Source of the DNA: Gemmatimonadaceae bacterium
GTDB lineage: Bacteria > Gemmatimonadota > Gemmatimonadetes > Gemmatimonadales > Gemmatimonadaceae
DNA length: 64,000 nt
NCBI GenBank assembly: GCA_051859245.1
Contig: JBHYGA010000001.1
Coordinates: forward strand, 1,213,722-1,277,721
Reading direction: 5' to 3'
Shown piece after piece: positions 20,999 to 31,042 of the stretch; position 1 is the first letter of the stretch, and every line of letters begins with the position of its first letter. The notes under the pieces were generated by a model. The model made no database searches, was not told the origin of the DNA, and worked only from the letters and a program-made list of their open reading frames with translations. A program made the translations under genes and the position numbers.

Positions 20999-21898
20999 AT
21001 GGGACGAACTGAAGTGACGGGACTCCCCGTCCCAGGGTGGCGTGGGGCACAAATGGGGCTGCTGAGCAACGCCGCCCTGGCTGTGGTCAAGCTGATCGCG
21101 GGCGTGGCGGGCAACTCCTACGCCCTGGTCGCCGACGCGATCGAGAGCGGCGCCGATGTGCTCGCCTCGCTCGTCGTGCTCGGCGGCCTGCGACTAGCCG
21201 CGCGTGACGCCGACGACGATTATCCCTTCGGGTACGGGCGAGCTGAGCCATTGGCCGCGGCTACCGTCTCGCTGATGTTGCTGGGCGCGGCGTTCGGCAT
21301 TGGCTGGGAGGCGATCTCGGAAATCCGTCGTCCGCATCTGGCGCCGGCGCCGTTTACGCTTGCGGTGCTGGTCGGGGTTGTGCTGTTGAAGCAATGGCTG
21401 TTTCGCACGCAACACGCAGCGGGGCAGGCAAGTGGTTCGCCCGCGGTGCAGGCCGATGCGTGGCATCACCTCAGCGATGCGGTGACCTCGGGCGCGGCGT
21501 TCGTGGGAATTCTGGTGGCCCTGATCGGCGGGCCGGGTTGGGAAGCGGCCGATGACTGGGCGGCGCTTGTGGCCGCGCTGGTGATTCTGGCCAACGGTGT
21601 GGCGCTGCTTCGCCCCGCCGTGCACGATTTGATGGATCGGGCGCCTGAAGCAAATGTGCGCGATCGAATTCTCGACGCGGCGCGCACCGTAAGCGATGTG
21701 CAGCACCTCGAAAAACTGAAGGTTCGACGCGTCGGCACGGCGCTCTTTGTTGACCTGCACGTGCAGGCCGACCCCGAACTGTCGTTGCACGACGCGCACA
21801 TCGTGAGTGGTCGTGTGAAAACCGCAATACGCCAGGCAGTCCCAGCGGCGGCTGGTGTGCTGATCCACATGGAACCGTTCGAACCAGAGAGTGCATGA
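20999..21898 (+). CDS. Cation diffusion facilitator (FieF-like)
   Basis: SYALVADAIES, YPFGYGRAE, ADAWHHLSD, VLIHMEP; start may be GTG 21014. Confidence 0.9.
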   Translation: MGRTEVTGLPVPGWRGAQMGLLSNAALAVVKLIAGVAGNSYALVADAIESGADVLASLVVLGGLRLAARDADDDYPFGYGRAEPLAAATVSLMLLGAAFGIGWEAISEIRRPHLAPAPFTLAVLVGVVLLKQWLFRTQHAAGQASGSPAVQADAWHHLSDAVTSGAAFVGILVALIGGPGWEAADDWAALVAALVILANGVALLRPAVHDLMDRAPEANVRDRILDAARTVSDVQHLEKLKVRRVGTALFVDLHVQADPELSLHDAHIVSGRVKTAIRQAVPAAAGVLIHMEPFEPESA

Positions 21899-22740
21899 CC
21901 CCATCAAAAAAGCGCGCCAACATCTCGTTCGCGGATGCACTCGATCCGGTTCGGCCCGGACAGCGTCTCACACTCGGAGACCGCGCGGCGGCGGCGCCTG
22001 GTTCTATTCCCGACAAGAAAGAGCTCGAAGCGCGCACGGACGCGTTACTCAAGCGACTTGAGACATTGCAGGCGGCATTCCATGCGGATGGTTCGCGCGC
22101 ACTCTTGCTGGTGCTGCAAGGACGTGACGCCGCGGGCAAGGACAGCACGATTCGAACGGTCGTTGGCGCCTGCAATCCAATGGGCGTTCGAATTGCGTCC
22201 TTTGGTCCGCCGAGTACGCTTGAGCTCCGCCATGACTATTTGTGGCGTGTGCATCAGGCGATGCCCGCACGTGGTGTGATCGCCGTATTCAATCGCTCGC
22301 ACTATGAAGACGTGCTGGTGGTGCGCGTCCGCAAACTCGCGCCCGAGTCGGTGTGGAAGCCGCGCTATCGACAGATTGTGGAGTTCGAGCGCATGCTGGC
22401 CGAGAATGGTACGGTCATCGTGAAATGTTTTTTGCACATCAGTCACGCCGAGCAGCGCCAGCGCTTGCAGGAGCGACTCGACGATCCAGAAAAGAACTGG
22501 AAGTTCCGGCTGGGCGATCTCGAGGATCGAGCACACTGGACGCAGTACACGCATGCGTACCGCGACATGCTCGCGCGCACGAGCACGGCGCACGCGCCGT
22601 GGTACGTTGTGCCGTCCGACGAAAAACGCGTTCGCAACTACTACATCGCGCAGCTCCTGGTGAAGACGCTGGAGTCGCTGGACTCGAAATACCCGCGCAT
22701 GGATCCGGCTGTTGCGCGAGCTGCACGCGGATTCTCCTAG
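21895..22740 (+). CDS. ppk2: Polyphosphate kinase 2 family protein
   Basis: QGRDAAGKD, HDYLWR, FNRSHYEDVL, KNWKF. Confidence 0.92.
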   Translation: MTPSKKRANISFADALDPVRPGQRLTLGDRAAAAPGSIPDKKELEARTDALLKRLETLQAAFHADGSRALLLVLQGRDAAGKDSTIRTVVGACNPMGVRIASFGPPSTLELRHDYLWRVHQAMPARGVIAVFNRSHYEDVLVVRVRKLAPESVWKPRYRQIVEFERMLAENGTVIVKCFLHISHAEQRQRLQERLDDPEKNWKFRLGDLEDRAHWTQYTHAYRDMLARTSTAHAPWYVVPSDEKRVRNYYIAQLLVKTLESLDSKYPRMDPAVARAARGFS

Positions 22741-22761
22741 TCGCTGCCGATACTCCCTCAG

Positions 22762-25700
22762 ATGGTCCCGCCTTCACTCCCCCCGCTGTCCATCGCCCAT
22801 CCGCCGCGTCACCGCCAGCGCGGGTGGCGTGCTCGCGTGCGCGCCAGCACGTCTCAGCACGTGCGGTCCTCTTTACGGGTCGGAGCCGCGTTGTGCGTGG
22901 TGAGTATGGCCGCGATCGCCCCGATCGTGCAGGCGCAGGTCCGTCCCGACGGCTCACCTGCGTCGGCCAGTGTCCCTGTGTCGGTGCGCGATTATTCGGA
23001 GCGTCGATTCGGTAGCCCCGATGGGTTGCAGTCGCTGGCCGTGTATGCGGTGGAGACGCTCGGCGATGGATCGCTGTGGATCGGCACTGAGGCGGGACCG
23101 CATCGATTCAACGGCTCGCGATTTGAACTCGTGCCGGTGCCAGTGGCTCCGCCGCACGTGCGCGCGATTGTGCAGACGGCGGATGATGTTATCTGGTTCG
23201 CGACGCGCGTTGGAGTGGTGCAGATGCTGCCCGATGGCACAATGCGCGTGTTCAACGAACAGCAGGGGCTACCCACCGGCACGGTGTACTCGCTGATCGT
23301 GTCCGATGCACTTGACGGCCAGCCGCGAGTGATCGCGGCCACCGGCGGTGGGCTCGCGGTCTTCGAGGGTGAGCGATGGCGCATCGTTTCGCTCCCCGTG
23401 GGAGTAACCAACGTTGGCTTGGTCGCGCGCGCCCGCCCGCGTCGCGGTGCTTCGGACGAGCTGTGGGTGGCATCGTCGTCCGGCGGAGTCGCGCGGTGGC
23501 GCGACGGGACGTGGACCGATGTGTACGGCGCTGCGGACGGATTGATTGCACGCAGTGTTGAACAGCTGGTCGTTTCGGAAGATGCGACGCGACGATTGTT
23601 TGCGGCCACGAGTGAAGGCGTGTTCGCGTTTTCGGATGATGTCTCAGGCGGGCGGTGGCAGCATCTCGCCGGTTCGCCGGCGTTTGCGTATCGCATTGCG
23701 ATCGTGCCGCGCGGCGAGGACGAAGAAGAACTGTGGGTTGGCACTCTTGATGGCTTGTTGTTGCGTCGTCGAGGTGCAGCGTGGGATAGTGTGGTGCTGC
23801 GCAGTACGGAGCCGCGGACTCCGATACATTCGCTTGCCGGCGTACGAGGTCATGCAGGTGGATTCGCCGTGTACGTCGGGACGTTTGGTGACGGCCTCGT
23901 ACGTTTGAGTGTTGGTCGCGGTGCAACGCTTGTTTCGGCACAATCCGGATTACGCTTTACGATCAACGCGTTGCTGGAAGAACCACTCGGAAAAGTCGGG
24001 TTCGTGTGGGTGGCCACAAGTAATTTTGGCGTGGTGGAAACTGACGGTCGTATTGCGCGATCCGTGGTGAGTGTACGCGACATCGAAGACGGTCGCGCAA
24101 CAGCGTTGTACACAGCCACGCTCCCCAATGGTACGCGTGAAGCGTGGGTTGGCGCGGCGCTCGGCGCATGGCGACTTGAAGGGGGACAGTGGGTTGCGCG
24201 GCGTGAGGGACTGGGTCGCACGCAGGTTGTTCAGTTCGGTCGGGAGCGCGTCAACGATTCCACATCCGCGCTGCTCGCGTCCACGATGAATGGTCTGTTT
24301 CAGTGGAACGGCGCCGTATGGGATCGCGTCTCGGGCTCGCCGGAAGAAATGGTGCTCGGCTTCCTGGGCGCGTCACCGCGCGATTCCACGCTGATCGTGA
24401 CTGGATCGTTCGGAATTATGACACGCCGGGGTCGCGTGTGGACGCACGATTCGACGCCAGCCGTTGACGGTGTGCGACTTCCGCAGCGCTCCGTGTGTCG
24501 ATTGCCGGAATCCGAGAATGGCCGACTGATTGTATCGGGAACGCGCGGTGTGCACGTTCGTGAACGCAACGAGCGCGCCTGGCGTTCGCTGCCGCAGCGA
24601 CTGCGGGGGTTTTTCCGGTCCGAGAATGTGTATCGCATGCGCTGTGATGATCCCGCCAATGTGTTGCTGGCAACGACCGACGGTGTGGTTGTGCTCGACC
24701 TGCGTGGGCGTGACACGGCGGAGTGGAATGTTGTGACGGTGTTTGGACCGGCGGACGGATTGCCCAGTCCGTTCATGACGGCCATTGGTGAAGGCGGAAG
24801 CAGTCAGAGTGCGCGATGGATTGGCACGGCGCACGGCGTTGGTCGGATCGATGTTCGCAACTTGCCGGCACCTGATCCAACGCTCTTCAGCATGTCGCTG
24901 CACAGTGGCGCCGACTCGAGCACACTGTCTGAAGGGGCTCGCGTCCCGTACGACGCGAACCGAATTGCCATCAGTCTCTCGTTACCGGTCTATCATCGCG
25001 AAGAAGACTTTCGGTATCGCATTGTGCTCGATGGTCCGTTCACCACGGCGCCTGAGCGTTGGAGCTCGAACAATTCGGCCTCGTATCCGGCGCTGCCGGC
25101 CGGACGTTATACAGTGACGGCGTGGGCGCGTGACTACGCGGGACGCGACTACGGACCGATCACCCGCACGTTCACGATTGACTATCCACCGTGGCGTTCG
25201 CCGCGCGCGCTGTTTGCGTATACCATCCTTGCCGTAGTCTTGATGGTGAGCGCGCATCGCTGGCGTCTGCGCACGCTTCGTGCGCGTGCCGACGAGTTGG
25301 CGGCCAGTGAGTTGCGCGCGCGCACGAGTGAAGCACAGTTCCGCGCGTTGTTCGATCGTGCGTACGACGCCAATCTGTTGGTGCGCGAGGGGCGGGTGAT
25401 TGCCGCCAATGCGGCTGCGTGCGTGCTGCTCGGCGAAGATCAAGGCAGTGTGGTGGGCACGTCAATTGCCGAGCTCAATCTGTCGGCCGCGCTGGCGATG
25501 GCCGGACCTACGATTGATTCCATGGAGATGGAATTGCGGCCGCGCCAGGGTGAACGCGTTCCGGTGGCGGTGACGGTCACCGAGATTACGCGTGATGACG
25601 GACCGTTACAGCAGTGGGTGTTGCGAGATCTGTCGGCAACGCGCGCGGCGGAGGCAGAGCGTCGCATGCTGGAGTCGCAGGTGCGAGAAGCGCAAAAGCT

Positions 25701-26937
25701 TGAGTCACTCGGCACGCTGGCCGGTGGAGTCGCGCATGACTTCAACAACTTGCTCGGTGTGATTCGCGGGAACGCCGAGCTGGCGCGTGATTCCATCGAC
25801 GATCGCGATGAAGTGGCGGACCATCTGGCAGCAGTACTCGATGCGAGCGAGCGCGCGCGCGATCTCGTGCGTCAGATTCTGACATTCAGCCGTCGTGCTA
25901 CGCCGCACGAGCGTGTGATTGACCTGGGGGCGGTAGTGCGCACGCTGGTACCCATGCTTCGTTCACTGATTCCGCGCACGGTTGATCTCACCGTGCTCGG
26001 CGGCGACGGCGTGTACGCGATTCGCGGCGACGTGACGCAGTTGCAACAGCTCCTGTTCAATCTCTGTTCGAACGCCGAGTATGCGATGCGTCCAACAAAT
26101 GGCGGCACATTGGAGATCCGCCTGGATGTGTTGCCCGCGCCCGACGACATGCGTGTGGAAACAGGGCGTGTGGTGCGCGTGCGTGTGCGCGACACCGGTG
26201 TTGGCATGAGCGCCGAAGTTCGTGATCGCGTGTTCGAACCGTTCTATACCACGAAGCCCACTGGTGAAGGCACGGGTCTTGGTCTTTCGGTGCTGCACGG
26301 CATCGTGGCGTCGCACGGTGGGCGCGTGCGCGTTGAGAGTACGCTCGGTGTTGGTACTACGTTCGAGGTGGATTTGCCGCTGATTGCACAGAGTGTGCAG
26401 GCGCTCACGCCACCTGATATGCGAAACACTCCAATTGGCATGCCGGCGGTGATTGTGAATACTTCAGGTTCAAGTTCGTCCGATGTTGCAGGTCCATCTG
26501 CGAGTGCACTCACGAGCGGGAATGCGGATGATATCCTCACCGGCGCGCGTGTGATGCTGGTGGATGACGAGCCGGCCGTGGCTCGCGTGGTGGAGCGATT
26601 ACTGAAACGCCTTGGCTGCCGAGTGCAGGTGTTCAGTGATCCGCGGGAGGCGCTCGAGTCGTTCACTGCGGCACCCGGGGAAACGGATTTGTTGCTCACG
26701 GATCAGACCATGCCTGGTATGTCGGGCGATGTGTTGACGCAGGAGGTGCACAAGGTGCGCGCGAGCCTGCCGGTGGTGATTGTCACGGGCTACAGCTATC
26801 GCCTCACGCCCGAGCGGCTGGCCGAGATTGGCGCGGCGGCGGTGCTGCAGAAGCCGGTCCCTTTGGCGCAGATGGCGGCCACGGTGTCGGCGGCGCTCCG
26901 GGGCGGCCCGTTTGAAGTGGGTGCGTCTGGGAGTTGA
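22762..26937 (+). CDS. Hybrid sensor histidine kinase (propeller/Y_Y_Y-PAS-HisKA-HATPase-REC)
   Basis: LWIGT repeats, YPALPAGRY, AHDFNNLL, FEPFYTTK..GEGTGLGL, LVDDE..TDQTMP. Confidence 0.9.
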   Translation: MVPPSLPPLSIAHPPRHRQRGWRARVRASTSQHVRSSLRVGAALCVVSMAAIAPIVQAQVRPDGSPASASVPVSVRDYSERRFGSPDGLQSLAVYAVETLGDGSLWIGTEAGPHRFNGSRFELVPVPVAPPHVRAIVQTADDVIWFATRVGVVQMLPDGTMRVFNEQQGLPTGTVYSLIVSDALDGQPRVIAATGGGLAVFEGERWRIVSLPVGVTNVGLVARARPRRGASDELWVASSSGGVARWRDGTWTDVYGAADGLIARSVEQLVVSEDATRRLFAATSEGVFAFSDDVSGGRWQHLAGSPAFAYRIAIVPRGEDEEELWVGTLDGLLLRRRGAAWDSVVLRSTEPRTPIHSLAGVRGHAGGFAVYVGTFGDGLVRLSVGRGATLVSAQSGLRFTINALLEEPLGKVGFVWVATSNFGVVETDGRIARSVVSVRDIEDGRATALYTATLPNGTREAWVGAALGAWRLEGGQWVARREGLGRTQVVQFGRERVNDSTSALLASTMNGLFQWNGAVWDRVSGSPEEMVLGFLGASPRDSTLIVTGSFGIMTRRGRVWTHDSTPAVDGVRLPQRSVCRLPESENGRLIVSGTRGVHVRERNERAWRSLPQRLRGFFRSENVYRMRCDDPANVLLATTDGVVVLDLRGRDTAEWNVVTVFGPADGLPSPFMTAIGEGGSSQSARWIGTAHGVGRIDVRNLPAPDPTLFSMSLHSGADSSTLSEGARVPYDANRIAISLSLPVYHREEDFRYRIVLDGPFTTAPERWSSNNSASYPALPAGRYTVTAWARDYAGRDYGPITRTFTIDYPPWRSPRALFAYTILAVVLMVSAHRWRLRTLRARADELAASELRARTSEAQFRALFDRAYDANLLVREGRVIAANAAACVLLGEDQGSVVGTSIAELNLSAALAMAGPTIDSMEMELRPRQGERVPVAVTVTEITRDDGPLQQWVLRDLSATRAAEAERRMLESQVREAQKLESLGTLAGGVAHDFNNLLGVIRGNAELARDSIDDRDEVADHLAAVLDASERARDLVRQILTFSRRATPHERVIDLGAVVRTLVPMLRSLIPRTVDLTVLGGDGVYAIRGDVTQLQQLLFNLCSNAEYAMRPTNGGTLEIRLDVLPAPDDMRVETGRVVRVRVRDTGVGMSAEVRDRVFEPFYTTKPTGEGTGLGLSVLHGIVASHGGRVRVESTLGVGTTFEVDLPLIAQSVQALTPPDMRNTPIGMPAVIVNTSGSSSSDVAGPSASALTSGNADDILTGARVMLVDDEPAVARVVERLLKRLGCRVQVFSDPREALESFTAAPGETDLLLTDQTMPGMSGDVLTQEVHKVRASLPVVIVTGYSYRLTPERLAEIGAAAVLQKPVPLAQMAATVSAALRGGPFEVGASGS

Positions 26938-27005
26938 ACCGCGAGGAGAGGTAGGGTAGGTTGCAGGTCTGTGGTGGAACGCCTGGCTTTCAGGTGGTTC
27001 ACGCA

Positions 27006-27079
27006 CGGGACGTAGCGCAGCCCGGTAGCGCACCTGAATGGGGTTCAGGGGGTCGCGGGTTCGAATCCCGCCGTCCCGA
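27006..27079 (+). tRNA. tRNA-Pro(GGG), integration target
   Basis: Acceptor CGGGACG/CGTCCCG; CCTGA-ATGGGGT-TCAGG. Confidence 0.96.
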
Positions 27080-27080
27080 T
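27038..27080 (+). repeat. att core copy 1 (43 bp, tRNA-Pro 3' half)
   Basis: ATGGGGTTCAGGGGGTCGCGGGTTCGAATCCCGCCGTCCCGAT; identical at 39931 and 46593. Confidence 0.95.
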
Positions 27081-27243
27081 TGTGTAGGTGATTGATTGAT
27101 AACCACTTAGCCTCGGCGCATCGCCGGGGCTTTGTGCTGCTCGGGGGCGCCGGAAGAACACCGGAATATCGCGTGCCACTTTCGAAAGTCGTCTCTTGCG
27201 TCATCGTCTGACGTCGGGCCTCTTGCCGTTCCTGTTCGGAGCT

Positions 27244-27444
27244 TTAGAAGAGCAAGAAGAGCAGTGCGCCCCCGATCATGACCTGAGCCCCCTCCTTCAT
27301 CATTCCCGAATAGTGCCGACGGTCATGGTCGCTGCTTTCAGCGGTAATGCCGAAGGCATTCCCCGCCACCATCACAAAGCCGAATCCGAATACTAGAGCC
27401 CCGAGCGCTTTCATTAGTTCATCTCGCTGTTGTTGTGAGAGCAT
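27244..27444 (-). CDS. Small two-TM membrane protein
   Basis: ALGALVFGFGFVMVAGNAFGI and VMIGGALLFLLF. Confidence 0.5.
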   Translation of the reverse strand: MLSQQQRDELMKALGALVFGFGFVMVAGNAFGITAESSDHDRRHYSGMMKEGAQVMIGGALLFLLF

Positions 27445-27499
27445 GCCGGTTGGAAAAACTACGCCCAACCCTAGCGCGCCGCTAAGTGGGCGCGAGAGG

Positions 27500-27670
27500 T
27501 TGCGGGAAGTGCAGGGAGCGCGATAGTGTTCGGTGCGACGACTACTCTGCTAGGATCGAGCTCGACGCAAACAGACAATCAGGCGAGCGGCTTAAGTGCC
27601 AGGACTCGTACAACACAACCAGACTGAGGGGATTCCTCGGGGTTGTCGTTGTTCGGGTCCTTTTGCTTTT
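27500..27670 (+). promoter_or_regulatory. Promoter plus leader with terminator hairpin before the xis-like gene
   Basis: TTGCGG-N18-TAGTGT; long hairpin AGGACTCG...CGGGTCCT (27601-27661) followed by TTT. Confidence 0.5.
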
Positions 27671-27685
27671 GCTCCCGGAGTTGCA

Positions 27686-27955
27686 ATGACCTCGCTCCCC
27701 GCAAGTGTGACAAGCGTGCCGAACGTGACAAGCGTGTCGGACCCGCGCCCGATTTCTACGGCGCTGCTTACCACTGCACAAGCCGCCAAATACCTTGCGC
27801 TCGGACAGCGCACGCTTGAGAACTGGCGCTGTCGCGGTGTCGGTCCCGCGTTCGTTCGACTGGGACGCGTCGTGCGCTACCGCGTGTCGGATCTCAATGC
27901 GTGGTTGTCGGTGCGTACGTTTGCCAGCACCTCGCAGGCGGATCACGCGGCATGA
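27686..27955 (+). CDS. Excisionase/AlpA-like HTH_17 protein
   Basis: LLTTAQAAKYLALGQRTLENWRCRGVGPAFVRLGRVVRYRVSDLNAWL; RBS GGAG. Confidence 0.88.
   Translation: MTSLPASVTSVPNVTSVSDPRPISTALLTTAQAAKYLALGQRTLENWRCRGVGPAFVRLGRVVRYRVSDLNAWLSVRTFASTSQADHAA
27704..27739. repeat. Four 9-bp iteron-like repeats
   Basis: AGTGTGACA AGCGTGCCG AACGTGACA AGCGTGTCG. Confidence 0.65.
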
Positions 27956-28644
27956 CACACGACGCAACGACTACGCCGGACGATGACGGCGCTGAGCATG
28001 AGACAGACCCGTTGTGGTGTTTTGCGCTTCCTCGCATCGGCCGGCGCACAACGCGTTGGTTCGCACTACGACTCCGCGCGCAGCTGGCGTTCGCGGTCTT
28101 GACCCCCTGCCGCTCGTCGACGATCGACCAACTGCGCGCGGGGCTCGCTGAGCATCTTGGCGCCAACTGGCGATCGCTCAGCCCCGAAGCGGTGACGTTG
28201 CTTGCGAGGTGGTACGCTGTATGTGCTGAACGCTACCTGTCCTTTCGTCCCGCCAAGCAGTATTTAGGCCGCGGCGCTGCGATCGGCGCCTACCGGGTGT
28301 TTTGGGAGAGGGTGGTTGGTGACCTGCCGGTGGCGCTGCTGCAGCTTGGCGTGCCACTGGCGCCAACAGCAACGGCGCCGCCAACGACCACGCTTGAGCG
28401 CGAAGGGGCGGCACTACCACTGCCGGACGACTCGCGCGAAGTGAGCGGCTCGACGCTGCTACCGTCCGCCGTCCGTGACTCGCTCCGCAACGCCGCAGCC
28501 CAACGTCGCGCACGATGGCCGCGTGCGTGTCGTGTGTGTGGCACGAGTTTCACGCCAGAACGTGCGAATAGTCGTCGTTGTATTGCGTGTCGTCGGGCGA
28601 GGGGCGCTGGTAGAGCACGGGGCGCCGACGAACGGGAACAGTGA
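27952..28644 (+). CDS. Hypothetical protein with C-terminal Zn-ribbon
   Basis: ATGA overlap with xis; CRVCGTSFTPERANSRRCIAC. Confidence 0.6.
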   Translation: MTHDATTTPDDDGAEHETDPLWCFALPRIGRRTTRWFALRLRAQLAFAVLTPCRSSTIDQLRAGLAEHLGANWRSLSPEAVTLLARWYAVCAERYLSFRPAKQYLGRGAAIGAYRVFWERVVGDLPVALLQLGVPLAPTATAPPTTTLEREGAALPLPDDSREVSGSTLLPSAVRDSLRNAAAQRRARWPRACRVCGTSFTPERANSRRCIACRRARGAGRARGADEREQ

Positions 28645-28703
28645 TGCGCATTGACGTCGTCGATTGCGCTGCGAGGGCTCGCGGTGTGCGTGTAGATTGT
28701 CTC

Positions 28704-28952
28704 ATGCCGCCGCGTCGCGTTCTTCGTCTCCGATTGCGCGAGCTCCGTGAGAACGCGGGGTTCAGTCAAGAGGCTGTGGCGCTGGCGCTCGGAACGCGAC
28801 GCGCCCGCATCAGTGACCTAGAGACGGGCGCCGTGCAGCGTGTAGATGGCGTTCTGCTCGCCGGGCTCTGCGAGTTGTTCGATGTCGAGCCCGGCGCATT
28901 GTTCGTCTGGGAGCGCGTCACCACGCGAGGCGAAAAGCCTACGCGGCGGTAA
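28704..28952 (+). CDS. XRE/Cro-family HTH regulator
   Basis: LRLRELRENAGFSQEAVA..LGTRRARISDLETG...LCELFDVEPGALF. Confidence 0.85.
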   Translation: MPPRRVLRLRLRELRENAGFSQEAVALALGTRRARISDLETGAVQRVDGVLLAGLCELFDVEPGALFVWERVTTRGEKPTRR

Positions 28953-29439
28953 GCGGCGCTGCGCTCTCTGTTTCGTCATCATCGTCAAACCCTTTGATGG
29001 GTTGCGGAATGGCGAACGGATCGAGCGTCACCAATCGATCGTCACCGTGTTCGTTGAACGCAGCGTCATTAGCGCCCTGCGCCTGCACTTCGCGCACAAG
29101 TGACAGGAGACACTCAGCGAAAAGCGCGAGCTCCGAAAGGCCCGTTTTCTTCGTCTTCAGCTTCAGCTCTACGTGCTCTTCTCGGCTCCCGTCGCGTTTG
29201 TAGAAGAGGCTCTTAAGGGTGAGTGACACCGCAGCAAAATCCTGCTTGTCGTAGCGGAGCCTGCCACTCACGGAGCTCATCGCCACCGTCCTGCCGTCGC
29301 GCACTTCACGTTCGTGCAATGCGTAGACCCGCGCTGCGCAGGAACGGTCCGTGGCAATGTTTGCGTGCGTCGTTGTATCCCACGGCTCGTACTGCGTGTG
29401 CGTCGAGGCGGCGTTCGCGGCCTTGGTCGTGCGTGGCAT
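28939..29439 (-). CDS. Hypothetical protein
   Basis: RBS AAGGAG and its own sigma70-like promoter. Confidence 0.65.
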   Translation of the reverse strand: MPRTTKAANAASTHTQYEPWDTTTHANIATDRSCAARVYALHEREVRDGRTVAMSSVSGRLRYDKQDFAAVSLTLKSLFYKRDGSREEHVELKLKTKKTGLSELALFAECLLSLVREVQAQGANDAAFNEHGDDRLVTLDPFAIPQPIKGFDDDDETESAAPLTAA

Positions 29440-29492
29440 GGTGGCTCCTTGCAGTTGGTGAGCGGTGCGGCGCCGTGCGCGTCGCGGTCTCC

Positions 29493-29521
29493 AGTGTACG
29501 TTTATGCGTACAAGCGCACAA
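29493..29521 (-). promoter_or_regulatory. Sigma70-like promoter with overlapping palindromic operator
   Basis: TTGTGC-N17-TACACT on the minus strand; TGTACG-N6-CGTACA at 29495-29512. Confidence 0.6.
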
Positions 29522-29817
29522 GGTCGCGCGCCACACGTTCTTCAAGCAAAAGGCGTCTTGGGCAAGCAGTGGGGTACTGCGTTGGTGTAGGTTGCGGGTG
29601 CGCGCGTTGCGCGCGAAAAGAGCCCGGCCGCACAGTATAAGTCTCGGCTGTGACTTCCCCAGCCGTCGCGCGTCGACTGGGGAGCGGATCTTGTGCCCGT
29701 ATTTCCGGGTAGGTACCTTCAGGACAAAATGACCTCGGATCGGAGCCTATCGGCGAGTCTCCCCTGCGCTTAGGCACCGATTCTTTGGAAAACTTATGAA
29801 GCTGAGGATGTTTCTGT

Positions 29818-30114
29818 CTGTCTGAATCCGAGCAGGACTTCGAGGCGCCGGATTACGTCAACTTTGCCGTTCTCACGCGGCGCGGGTTGGACGTAGCCCT
29901 ATCATTAGGGTACGTGGATCCGGGTAACGTGGCGCAAGTAGCAAAAATAGATGGCGAGGAACAGTCCTTGACGCCGATTGCGCTGCAAGGCCGCTTCGTT
30001 ATGTCATTAGGCGGCTTCGCCGCACTACATCGCGAAGTGGTTCGCCTTGCAAGCCAGCTGGAAGCAGAGGGCTTCGACATCGCTAGCCTTCATTTCGAGG
30101 AGACAGATTCTTGA
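29818..30114 (+). CDS. DUF3467-like small protein
   Basis: Frame open from CTG 29818 (GAGGA upstream): DYVNFAVLT..DVALSLGYVDP...RFVMS; stop overlaps next start. Confidence 0.5.
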   Translation: MSESEQDFEAPDYVNFAVLTRRGLDVALSLGYVDPGNVAQVAKIDGEEQSLTPIALQGRFVMSLGGFAALHREVVRLASQLEAEGFDIASLHFEETDS

Positions 30115-30578
30115 CAACCGGGTTAGCAAAAATTGCGTCGCAGAGCATCGGCGCGCCGAAGGCTTCGTACGAATACCAGGTGGCCAAGACTAGTCGCGTG
30201 CCTGACGGTAACATTCGGAAGCACGTTGACATGTTGCTTTATGAGGAGAGCCTGAGGCAGCGCCTCGCTGACACCGTGACGCAGCTGCGCGAAATATTGC
30301 GCGCGGTTGCGAGCACCACGGTCACCTCTCTGTTGGCCCTCGCTCAGCCGCATTTCCCTAATGCCGAAGCGCGAGTCATCGAGAACGAGCAGTGGGCTCC
30401 GAGCAGTGGTATGGAGTTTGCGCGAATCGTGCTCTATTACGGGCTCCCGGATGAAGAGCACATCTCTGAGCAGATTGCTGAGCACCACGCCGCTGTCCGC
30501 GATGCATTCGTAGACTCTCTCCCGTCTCCGTTCGGACACCTTTTTGTGCTCGATAGACGCCTCAACAGCCCGCTGTGA
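30111..30578 (+). CDS. Putative antitoxin partner of the HEPN gene
   Basis: Middle gene of a coupled operon directly before HEPN; no clear motif. Confidence 0.5.
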   Translation: MTTGLAKIASQSIGAPKASYEYQVAKTSRVPDGNIRKHVDMLLYEESLRQRLADTVTQLREILRAVASTTVTSLLALAQPHFPNAEARVIENEQWAPSSGMEFARIVLYYGLPDEEHISEQIAEHHAAVRDAFVDSLPSPFGHLFVLDRRLNSPL

Positions 30579-31007
30579 ATGGGAACGTCGGCTGACGAGC
30601 TGAAGGCTGCGGCGGATTGGTTATGCTTTCAATGGAAGGAAACGAGCTTAGCGGATGAGGCTAAGACACGTACCGCCGCGTCGCGCGCCTACTATGCTGC
30701 TCGGGCTCTTGCGCTGCAGTGCTTTGAAGAGGGAAGGGGACGCGATATTAGCGCCGCGAAACACCGTCCGTTTTGCACATGGCTTCGCGACAGCCAAGTT
30801 AAGACTTTGAATCAGCTTGGGGTGGATCTTCGCGAGCTGCTAGACCAACGGGCGACAGCGGATTATGACTGCAAGACCGCTCTCAAGTTCGGTGACGTTA
30901 GTCTGAAGTATACACCCTTCAGCTCGTGGTTTCGAAAGCGCGCGGAGCTCGTAGCGGCATTCTCGCAAGACAAGCGCGCCCTAGATCCAGAACTCAGCGC
31001 ACCGTAG
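30579..31007 (+). CDS. HEPN-domain protein (putative RNase toxin)
   Basis: RTAASRAYYAA...H...LRELLDQRATADYD. Confidence 0.75.
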   Translation: MGTSADELKAAADWLCFQWKETSLADEAKTRTAASRAYYAARALALQCFEEGRGRDISAAKHRPFCTWLRDSQVKTLNQLGVDLRELLDQRATADYDCKTALKFGDVSLKYTPFSSWFRKRAELVAAFSQDKRALDPELSAP

Positions 31008-31042
31008 CTACAGGACGACTGAAACACGCCGGTTTCGAGAAT

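Noticed and set aside
27540..27600. c-di-GMP-I riboswitch (GACGCAAA)
   Set aside because: Other conserved elements are missing; only a short motif matches
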